Of a stretch of 64,000 nt of DNA, positions 54,254 through 64,000 are shown piece by piece (position 1 is the first letter of the stretch; each line of letters begins with the position of its first letter). A program made the translations under genes and the position numbers. The notes below the pieces were generated by a model. That model saw only the letters and a list, made by a program, of their open reading frames with translations. It was not told the DNA's origin and ran no database searches. The stretch comes from Tricharina praecox (taxonomy: Eukaryota), in NCBI RefSeq assembly GCF_024521635.1, contig NW_026250407.1, positions 1,054,001 to 1,118,000 on the forward strand, given 5' to 3'.

Positions 54254-56763
54254 ATGTCTGCGCCACCATCTTTAATACGGAAACGAAAGCGCGGAGACGA
54301 TCGACTCCTCCTCGGTAGTCCATTTGTCGTTCAAGTATATCCACACATTCCGAATACATGAACGAAAGAGTGGGAGAGAGCTAATAGCTCGAAGCCCCAT
54401 GTAGCGTGTTCGTTCGATGTTTCCACGAAAGTATCGCCAACCGTTATTCTCCCTCGTTCCCACATCCCCGTAAACTGGCTCGCCGGAGCACCCTCGCGGA
54501 TATTCAACACTCCCGCGGAAAATTCAGCGCTCTGTGCATCCGGATATGTCACCATAGTCAAGATTGAGGGAGAGCGGCAGCTATCCGCACTTGAGAAAGT
54601 CGGGGATAATGTTTATACACTCTACCGCCTCTCGACTCAACTTCGGATGAAAGATATTCGCAAGGTCGCAGCACAAACCAAGAATTCACCTTACATGGAA
54701 ATTGGAGAGGGGACATATAATGTGTGTGAACAAGATTGGTGGAGTGGAATTGGCAGCGCCGAGTATCCGTTTCAAGATACACCAGTCACCGATGCGGCGT
54801 TGGATATGGGCGTGCGCGAAAGTGACATGGCTGAGCATGCTGCGAGAGATTCCTCGTATGTAATATCTGGAGGACACTGTAGCTCCGGGCTGACCATAAA
54901 AAGGAACCCCGCCAAAACTCCACTGGTGCCCGACCCATTACCTGAAGATGATGATCACCAGGATCCTGCCGTACAGCAAAATATCCAACCTACAATGTCA
55001 GAGGTTCTGGAGCAAGTACAGCGGCAGTATTTCGATACGCTCTACCTCGCAAAGGTTTTATTTTACTCTTATGCTGTGCCGTAGACTACCGACTAATCGA
55101 GAATATAGACATCGTTGGCGTACTTTGCTAAATCGACATTGTCCCGGGCTCGCGCTATATGCCACGACATCGAGGTGACTCCGCCGGCCAGCCGATTTGA
55201 CGAGTTGACCGAATTTTTGCGACGGATGATACTACCGTTGGACAAAATGGACCTAAAATACCGGAAATCCCTGGTCCAAATTGCTCAGGAACACGAGGTC
55301 GATGATCCCTCTGTTTTCCGGCCAGACGAAGACGGTTACATCCAGCGCTGGAGGCAGTCGGCCTTCCAGGAGCGGTTCATTCGGGAAACCGATACTGAAC
55401 TAAAGCAAAAGTTAGAAGAGCTTAGGATTAGAGAGTGCGTATCTTTCCAAATTCTGCTGGTGCAAAGCTGACTGTTGCAGGACTGAGCTTCAAATTATAT
55501 TGCTACTGGAAATCCTCGCCTTGAACAAGCAGCATCCACCTGCTGCTCCTACTACGCTAGAATCTCCCAAAGGTAAAGGCAAGAGCAAAAAGGAAAAGAA
55601 GAAGAAAACCAAGAAGAACAAGGGTGTCAACAAAGCACCGGATCCAGATGTACTTCTGGACTTACTCGTCGATCGACTTTGCATCTGGCACTCGATCGGT
55701 TCCGAGACTGCCAGAGACGGAGTGGACACCCCCGCCAAAGGAAAAGACATCGTTTCCGAAAAAGACCACCTCCGTCATTTCTCTGTCGAGGTCATCATGG
55801 CGTTCTACTCGTCCAAACTGCCGGAAAAATGCGCTTCCATAAATAAGAAATTTGGTGGCCGCAGTGCGCCTTCCACAGCATCAGCCAGTGTCTTCCGGCA
55901 AACCAAACCCTTTAAGAACAGCCGCGTAGTGGTCAAAAAAGCCCCCGGCTTGTCTCGCACCGACACCGCACTATCCGCCGGGTCTCGAGGGACGACAACA
56001 GAGTCACTTGCTTTGCTCGCCTCTGAAGGAGCTGCTGCGCCCAGGGCCATCCGTGGCGGAACACTCAACTCAAAGAGCTTCACCAAGAAGATTGTCCAGA
56101 TGAACGTCCAGAAGAAGGCCGACGAGGAGCTGAAGAACGTGATACAAGCACTAGCAAAGCCGAACCGTGCAGCCGCTGCTACGGAACTGGTGGACGATGC
56201 GGAGAAGAGACTGGCGAAGTCCGTCAGAAGTAAGCCGCACATCTACCTATCTACCAGGCAATACTAAAATTCTGCCAGGATCTAGGAAGGCGAAGGCATC
56301 ACCATCAGACGTGCACGTAGCGGCAACGCCGCAGAAACGAAACAAAGACATCTTCGCCGAGAGCTTCAAAGACTCGCGCGCCAGCGTGCACCACCACCAG
56401 GCGCCCTCCTCGCGGCTGGCGCCATCAGAAGTTGCCGCCACACCGCCGTCCCGCCACGCCTTCAAGCCTTCCCATTTCGACGACAGCGTCGTCCTTGCCA
56501 CCCCTCGAAAGGGCCTATTTGCCGAACTGCAGCGCTTCAGCGTTCACCGACCCAAAACCCTACCTCGCTCTGCCCCAGCGGCGGCGGTGGGGGATAAGGA
56601 CGCTACCATCTTTGCCACACCCGTGAAGAAGCGGCAGGGCCAGCTCAGCGTCCCCGGCTTCTGGTCCCCCGTGGCCGCAGGAGGCGTGCCAGTTGCCAAG
56701 GATACGCCGCTCAAGAAAGCGCCCATAGCTTCGATATATGATGCGTTGGGTTGGGATGAGTAG
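54254..56763 (+). CDS. SLD3: DNA replication regulator Sld3 (multi-exon)
   Basis: ILPRSHIPVNWL N-terminal motif, QYFDTLYLAK|TSLAYFAKSTLSRARA, ELRIRE|TELQIILLLEILAL, LDLLVDRLCIWHSI, multiple TP.K/R CDK sites and SIYDALGWDE* C-terminus. Confidence 0.85.
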
Positions 56764-57313
56764 TGGGCTGGGATGGGATGGAGTTTTGGGTTTGTACGGG
56801 TTTGCTTTGGTATGATTGATACGTGACATAGATGGGTGCATCCGCGGCGCATGATTGGAATGGATTGGATTGAATTGAATTGCATAGATACGTCGTTTAG
56901 AGATAGAGGGTGGAATGGAACGGAATAGATTCTCGAGTGTATACTGTTCTGAATCCCAAGAACCCGTCCGTAACGGGGGGGTAATTGGCCGCTCCGATCT
57001 TGGTGACATAAATTATAGGCACTTAGATACAGTTGCAAAAAACGAGGTAAATCAGTGACGGTACAATTCATCCTCTGTCTACATAGGGCCCGGCTTCGCC
57101 GGCTTCATCTCGCTATTTACACGAGCTCGTTTCCCTTTATGAGCAGTCTCCTTTCTCATCTTCCTCATGTTTCTCGTATCATTACATCAATCAAGTCAAG
57201 TTCTTCTCTCAGTTTCAATAACCGCCTTATTACGGAATCGGATGAGAGATCCGGTATAGGTACATTAATTTTTCGCCGTTTTTTTAATACTGTATCATGT
57301 AGATATACTCAAC

Positions 57314-60179
57314 TTAAACACCACCACCACCACCACCATTCCCTCCGCTAAGATGCATCCACAGCGTACCACACAGACACATGCGATTAAACGAGCTCAG
57401 CCAGAACCCCTGAGTCTTCGCCATGACGGCCTCATCGACGACGGAGCAGCAGCGGGTGCACCTTCGCAGCCTGACATTCTTCGGCAGGACAATCTTCCTG
57501 ACCGCATCGATCCTATGTTTCCTCAGGAACCCGCGCGACTCCATATCGTCGTGAAAGCCCAGCCAGCTGACGTCCTGGAAGAACAGCGCCGAGACGTTGA
57601 TGTCCTTTCGTAGGGTGGGGAGCGTGATGGATAGGAGGCGCTCTGTGGGTGCGGCGAAGATGGTCGGCAAAGTGTTGTTGACGAAGAGGTGCCGCTCGAC
57701 GATGGCCCGCTCGGTTTCCGACACGCTGTGGTAGGTCGCCCGGACTGTCCCGTCGATGTCCGTTAGCATCCGCTCGAATTGGCCGATCTTAACCGCGCAC
57801 GATTCGAGCGGGACTTTGAACGAGCGGAACGTTGTGCGCTGGTCTTCGTCTAGGGGACCGGCTTGGAGGAGTTTGCCGGTGCTGGCTTCTAACCCTTTGA
57901 GGGAGCGGCAGAGGTATTTGAGAAATGCTCGGGGTGCACTGGCGAGGACGAGGATCAGGGCGGGAGAGTTGCTTTCGACCACTGAGAGTTTATGTAAGCT
58001 GGGGAGAACGGGTGGGCGGAGCGGGGAGGTGGATACTCTTTTGTCTGACGAATGCGAGGTCATTTAATTTGCTACCGCATGCTTTCGCAAGCTCGAAGAG
58101 ATCGCCAACAATCATCGCCATCATGTCTGTAACCCACTTGACCAGTCCAAGTAGGCTCTGCAGGGCCTCGGGCTTGAAATCATCGGGCTGGTTGGAGGCA
58201 CCGGGGGGCCTGGCGCCTTGTCGCTGCGCCGCGTTCAACGTCAAAGCGAATGCCAGTGCTGCCACGCGGAGATGTAGTGTAGCCCACGCGAGTTTCCCGG
58301 ACAGCTCCTTCTTGACCTGCTCGCCCTTGAAATCGAGCGCGAACTGCAGACTGAGACACCGCTGCAGCTGCGGATTCTTGACCAGCCGCTCGCTCGACGA
58401 TTCCACACCTGCGAAATCCATCTTGAGATTGAGAGCGCAGTGCACTTCAGTCAAGAATGTGATGTTGAAGTCTACAATCATAGGTTCAGTACCTTTCTCC
58501 TCAACCACGACGGGGATCTTCTCGATGTCGGAATCTTTACCGGAACTGCGGTATTTGCGTGCCACAAGCAACAAATCATCGTTGTTAAGGTAGTTGCTGC
58601 ACGAGTATGCGTGTTGCAGTGCCAGCGCCACGCAGCTGATCTCCATGTTCTCCTTCAACCCCATAGGCCCGCGAGTATACTCCATCACCATCAGGTGAAC
58701 ATTATGGTCCTGTCCTAGTCTCACCGCTACGGTATTGTTGGGCGAGAGTACTAGATCGATGCACGGGTCCGGCGTTGTGAACGCGAATCCCGCCTGTATC
58801 ATATTCGACATTCTTCCATTCGGCGGTGATAGAGGAAACGGTTGTAGATGAAGGCGATCCCTGAACTCAAACAGCCCATCACTGCACGTGAACGCAACCA
58901 CAGTTCCCATCGTGACCGTGGATACCCCGATGACACATTTTTCGATCACCAAATCGTCGAGTCTCCAAAGATCCAACTCCGTCATCGGTGTCGATGAGAC
59001 ACTGGCCCGCCGCACGCCTAGCTGATCGAAACTCGGATGCAACTGCATGGCGCTCTCCTTCAGATCCCATCTCGACACCACCGTGAACGGCTGCCGTTCT
59101 GCCGTTTTCCCCGAGAACACACAGACCACTGTCGGTGCGGGCGGCGGCACCCCACCACTCATCGGCATCGGCCCCAGCACCTCCAGATGTGTGAGCAGCA
59201 CCCGTGAAGAATCATACTGGGTATCCGCCGGGAAAGCCGAATCGACGATCTTGATCCGTTTCACATTCAGAATAGGTGGGCCCGGAAGAGACTGCACCGG
59301 CTTTGGCATTTGACCCTGCTGCTGCGGCTGCGGAGTTATCCCCCAATTCACGGCAACCCGGTATACCCGAAGCTGCCGGGAATGCGTGTATGCCGCCAAC
59401 ACGGCAATGCCTTCTCTGCTCTGCGTCGACGCAATCGCCGCATGCGAGAAGACATCGTCGAGAGACGTTGACGACTCCAGGTCGCTGGTGACCGACTGGT
59501 ATTTGTTGATTCCGTCGTGGTACCATAACTTGATCGTGCCGTTCCTTGTGATTCCAATTGCGGCCGCCTTGTTGGCCATAGGATGGAACGGTCCGAACTG
59601 GCGATACGTTGGGGCGTAATACTTATTCCCGTCCTCTGTACGCATAACATGGTGCAACGAGTACGGCCTCTCCGGGGGCAACCACCAGAATCCGGCGAGC
59701 GCACAGAGATCATCGTCCTGGTCCACGGGAATCAAGGTGACGAGTGATAACGCGTTGATGACCACATACACCGTGTAGAAGGATACGCGTCCGAGAACAT
59801 CGATTACGGCCAGGTCCGCGCCGTGGGTGCTCCATGTGACGTGTTGTAATCTCTGGCCGTCGTGGTTCCGCGAAAGGCCGGCGACCGGGTACGCAGGACT
59901 TAGTAGCCACTGTCCGTCGGCAGGATTGCAAGCTAAGTGCCGTGTCTCGACTCCCGTGCCGTCGGCGTTGATGAGCGCGATGCAACCTAGTTTCGACCAT
60001 GCGATTTTCCTGTTCGCCGCCGCCGCCTCAGCATGTGGCTTCCTGGAATTGACGAGGGGGGAAACGAACTGATTACACCCGCCTCTCCGCAGCTCGTCGA
60101 GTCGCCCTTCGATCCTCGTATTTGATGGCTTGCCATTGCTGCTGTCCTGACCGAAGAGATCTTCCTCGCCGTAATCCAT
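57314..60179 (-). CDS. SIN4: Mediator subunit Med16/Sin4 (introns 60069-60010, 58540-58472, 58036-57982)
   Basis: RRGGCNQKIAWSKLGCIA, FGPFHP, LHPSFDQL, and C-terminal DAVRK...LRRCTRCCS...RMCLCGTLW zinc motif. Confidence 0.9.
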
Positions 60180-61277
60180 GGCTGAATGGGTTGGTGACGT
60201 TTCCTGGGGTAGGTTGCCAAAGTTAACTCTAGCTTGTAGATAGCGCTACTCTATACCACGTTCTTGTCGCGAACTGAACCCTGGCGCGTCTCACTGCATG
60301 TGAAAGTCGAAATGTCGCGATGATTGGAGGGGTGATCGTTAAGAAATAATAAGTTCTGGGGACGCAGTTCCATAAAAGCTGCAGAATGCGATTCTAGTAT
60401 ACCACGAGGCTTTGACTGGTAGTTAGTTAGAATGATCGTTTCTACTTGTGATTCACATTGAGTGTCCAAGTCCACCGAGTGATGCGTTGTGATGCATCAC
60501 CGAATATCCCATCTGGCGCAACTGTGCGATAAATGCTCGACAACGGGACGAAAATCCGATCCGAGAACGGTTCCATTTCGCCTACCCATCATGTCACGGC
60601 AGCCGCAGCCCTTGAAAAACGATACCAGTACCTAATGAAATCCCCGCTTCTGCCCTTCATGTACCCGTCCAAATTGGTGGAATGGAAAGCCAGACTGCTG
60701 GCCCAGACCTTCCGTAGAGTCGTAGACAACCGTTTACCGGGGGCTCTAGCTCTGCCAACACAGCATTCTGACTTTGCTTTGCTTGCTTGTTGTCAAAACG
60801 CTGTTCATGCAATTTCCAGTTGTGTGATCACACAACCGACCAGCCTCAGAATTCTCAGAATTTCAGCCTACTGAATGGATGAGGCAAGCAATTACCTACA
60901 GGCCAAACCCTCGACGAATGAAGTTATATGTGCTCAAAAGACAAAAGAAAACGAGGAAAAAAAGAAATGAAAGAGAAAAAAAAGAAGCAAGAAAAAACAA
61001 CACCCAACTCCAAAATGAAGATCCGGAACGAAACACCAAGAAAAGACAGAAAAGAAGAAGACGGAAAGCAAAAAACAAAACAAAATGAAAGCTCTAATTC
61101 ACAGCCTTTGATTGATAGTCCAAACACCCCCACCAATCAACGCCAAACGCCTTTCAAATCAACTATGTACTTGATATGTACTCCAAACAGGCGGCCGCAA
61201 ATCAACATTGTCTGTCGTATTGGGAGACGAACCTCGCCGGCGTATTCGAGGAACGCACCCAGTTGTCGTTCCCGATC

Positions 61278-62786
61278 CTAATTGAGGAGGCTGTTCACAG
61301 TAATGACTCCTCGCATCGGTGAGGGAATGCTCGAGGGCGGCGGAGACACTGAGGACGTGGTCGGCGTATCGACAATTCCGACACTAATAGGTGCTGGATT
61401 TATCGCATTTTTCGCGGTGACAGCCTTTCCCTTTGACATTGTGCTGGTAGAAGCAGTAGAAGGGGTCTGCTTGACCGATTTGAAAGAGGCTTTGATCGTG
61501 GCAGCCTTCTTAACGACCGGTTTTTTCGGTTCCTTCTTCGCGGTAATAGCTTTCGCTGGCCGGCCTCTGGGCCTCTTGACTGGCTTCTCCTTTGTCAAAG
61601 CTGTCATTGCCGTTGCAGCACGCTTCTTCGATCCGGGCACTGGTTCGGGATGCAAGCCGTCTGCATTGGGATCTGGACTCAGTGAAGGTGATGGTAGCTG
61701 CTGTTGTATGATTTGCACTTCAACCTGGCTGTGGATTCGCTCTTCGGCTGGGTCCAACTCCACGAATGATTCTTCGCTGCTGTCCGATTCGCTATCCCAT
61801 CTCGGAAGACTTGCCAACGTTGCGACTTTCTCACAATCGCCTCGAACCACCAGATCGAAGTTGTAGTCCTTTGCCGAAGGAGGGTCATGGTTGTTGACCC
61901 AAACGCTCACGCCGCCTCTGAATCCTCGCACGGATTTGCACATTTCCTGCACTATACGCTTCACTCCCGGAACCTTAAGACTGGTTCCCACAACAATAAG
62001 CGCATCGGGACGCGCTCTTATGTCTGCCTCAGTGACCGCACCGATCGCCTCAGCATCTGGATGGAACTCGTTGTAGAGGACGATTCGCGGCCTGAGCTTG
62101 CCCACACCGAGAGACCTCTTCCCAGCAATATCCCGAACGGACTCCATTTCCAGACACTCCCGGCAATCCGGAGGCTCCGCGCCCACGAAAAGCTGAGGCT
62201 CCATTGGGCCAACCCAGCCACACTTGGAGCAGTTCATCTTCTCCAACCCTCCGTGAACCTGAATCGTCGTTGGCCACGGACCCTTGCTCTGCAGCGGCAC
62301 GCTCGTCCTGAGGGGTTCGAGCCGAGTGTCTATGCAGTCAACATTTTGGGAGTATAGTCGTAATAGTCTGCCTTCGGTCGCTAGCGTGGCTAGGAGTTGG
62401 TGGAACTCGGTGGGTTCAGCTTCGGCGGCCATGCCGTGCAACGTCCGCACCATATCGTGGAAAGACGCGGTAAGATCGTCGTCTTTGTAAACAGAAGCAT
62501 CGAAAAGGTCCTTTCCGGAATTCTTTGCAGTTCGTAGAGTGTTGAAGAGGCCGTTGGAGGATCGGAAGTCAGGGATGCCTGCACCAACCGAGATGCCTGC
62601 ACCAGCGATCACGACTATTTTCTTTTTCTTGCGCAGCAACTTCATCAGGGTGTCGAGTTGTCGCTTTTGATCGGTGCCGATGCTCTCTGGATCGGATGAG
62701 CGAAGGTCGAGGAATTCCGTCTCTCGCGGTTTCGGCGGAGACTTCTGCCGCTTCGCATTGCTGGCGGGCTCTGCGTCCTTCTGCAT
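61278..62786 (-). CDS. HST4: NAD-dependent histone deacetylase, Hst3/Hst4-type sirtuin (start codon uncertain)
   Basis: GAGISVGAGIPDFRSSNGLF, GKDLFDASVY, RLLRLYSQNVD, QVHG..CSKC..C..C, GKLRPRIVLYNE, IVVGTSLKVPG. Confidence 0.88.
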   Translation of the reverse strand: MQKDAEPASNAKRQKSPPKPRETEFLDLRSSDPESIGTDQKRQLDTLMKLLRKKKKIVVIAGAGISVGAGIPDFRSSNGLFNTLRTAKNSGKDLFDASVYKDDDLTASFHDMVRTLHGMAAEAEPTEFHQLLATLATEGRLLRLYSQNVDCIDTRLEPLRTSVPLQSKGPWPTTIQVHGGLEKMNCSKCGWVGPMEPQLFVGAEPPDCRECLEMESVRDIAGKRSLGVGKLRPRIVLYNEFHPDAEAIGAVTEADIRARPDALIVVGTSLKVPGVKRIVQEMCKSVRGFRGGVSVWVNNHDPPSAKDYNFDLVVRGDCEKVATLASLPRWDSESDSSEESFVELDPAEERIHSQVEVQIIQQQLPSPSLSPDPNADGLHPEPVPGSKKRAATAMTALTKEKPVKRPRGRPAKAITAKKEPKKPVVKKAATIKASFKSVKQTPSTASTSTMSKGKAVTAKNAINPAPISVGIVDTPTTSSVSPPPSSIPSPMRGVITVNSLLN

Positions 62787-63500
62787 CGCTGGCGCAGCTG
62801 GTCAAAGGGGGAGAGGGGGCGACGACGGTAGAGTGCGACCGAGCGGATGGGCGACGAGGAAATCGGAAGAGTCGAAAGGCGGTGGATGCACGTTATGGTG
62901 GTGGAGATGGAGCGACCGAAGAGAAATTATGGACGGAGGGAGAAGGGGCGGCGGAGAGGTGGGTGGGTGAGCGATGCGACGAGCTGTGATCCGGCGAGGA
63001 GAGAAAGAAGGGAGAGAAGGGGCGGGAGGCGGAGAGAGGTAGGTCTCGGTGGGCAGTGGGCACGGGTGCGTAGGTACAGCTGCGTCGGTGTAAGTGCTGT
63101 AAAGTATGCGTACGTACCGTACCTGTAGAGTGCCTCACTGTACCATACCATGGAAGTGCCTTGTGTGCTCGCAGATACTCTACAGCAGTCGACGGCTCAA
63201 ATAGCAGCCTGCAGTATCGGTGCTCGACCTCAAACTTCAAAGCTAATCCTCAATTGTTTGTTTTCGGTGACAGGAATGGTGGCGATGGTAGGTACTGCAA
63301 CTGGCAGCGACACCTCCCTAGGAGACGAGGATGGGAGCATTCTATGTGGCCGTGTCCGTATGCTGTGGTCGTCATGGGCTGGAAAGAAAGTCACCAGATG
63401 TGAGGATCCCCGCTGTGTCGCTCCATGGCAAGTATGTAAGATTATTATATGTTTTCCTAGCCGAATAAGAACTCTCCAGGTTATCCTGCCGGGGGGTTTT

Positions 63501-63538
63501 GTTATTGTTATTGTTATTGTTATTGTTATTGTTATTGT
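63501..63538. repeat. (GTTATT)n microsatellite
   Basis: Six tandem units. Confidence 0.9.
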
Positions 63539-64000
63539 TTTGATATTTCTAAGTGCTGCGGGCGGGGGCGCCTGGACTCGGCTCATTGCGTCCATCGTCA
63601 TGATACCCCTCAGGCCGCTACTAGTAGAGTACTCGGGTGTAGGGGTAAGTGGTGCACCCAATTCAGTGCCATTTGGTACTGGTGGTGGTGCACGACTTTC
63701 CCTCGCACCCGAGCACATGCATCCATCTCGTCCCTTCGACCAAACATATGTATACCCGACCGGCCTTCCCGATAGACCTCTTCGGCACTGCAATCCTCTC
63801 CATGATCTCCCATCTTTTTTTTTAATGTTTAATCTTCAAACCATGGTCTCCATCTCCAGCGAAAACCCCAACACAAAACAGTTGACCGAGTGATCTGTGG
63901 ATGATCTACACCACACAGTAAACGGCCGCTTCAACCGGCACCAGGTCCTCCTTATTTCCCTACCAATGTACTTCGCAATTTCTGTCGTCAGTGGAGCTGA

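Noticed and set aside
63150..63893. 247-aa ORF with a VIVIVI hydrophobic stretch
   Set aside because: The hydrophobic run comes from the (GTTATT)n microsatellite; no recognisable domain, and the opposite-strand ORF is equally uninformative.

Overview
Eukaryotic, intron-rich DNA from a filamentous ascomycete. The short GT-AG introns with CTRAY-type branch points, the gene set and the LINE type are compatible with Pezizomycotina, possibly Pezizomycetes (inference, not database-checked). I reconstructed 16 spliced or partial protein-coding genes by hand. In order they are: DNA2 (3' end), RAD51, RPT2, a mitochondrial HMG-box protein, PRP5, an SVIP-like small protein, a Zap1/ZafA-like 10-finger TF, VPS26, gluconokinase, BCKDH E2, CHD1, an Mpv17/PMP22 protein, NPC2, a long coiled-coil protein, SLD3 and MED16/SIN4. 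A 17th gene is an apparently unspliced HST3/4 sirtuin. The large non-coding stretches (14.9-23 kb, 24.4-29.3 kb) are full of microsatellites. The only accessory block, 44.7-47.6 kb, holds a ~575-bp tandem duplication followed by three same-orientation LINE 3' ends. The longest has a clear 12-13-bp target-site duplication, and similar motifs at the other junctions suggest repeated insertion at one preferred site. I found no tRNA, rRNA, snRNA or CRISPR, and no convincingly novel multi-gene system. The best leads are the site-preferring LINE array, shared sequence among the RAD51 introns and the Cys-rich Zap1-like regulator.
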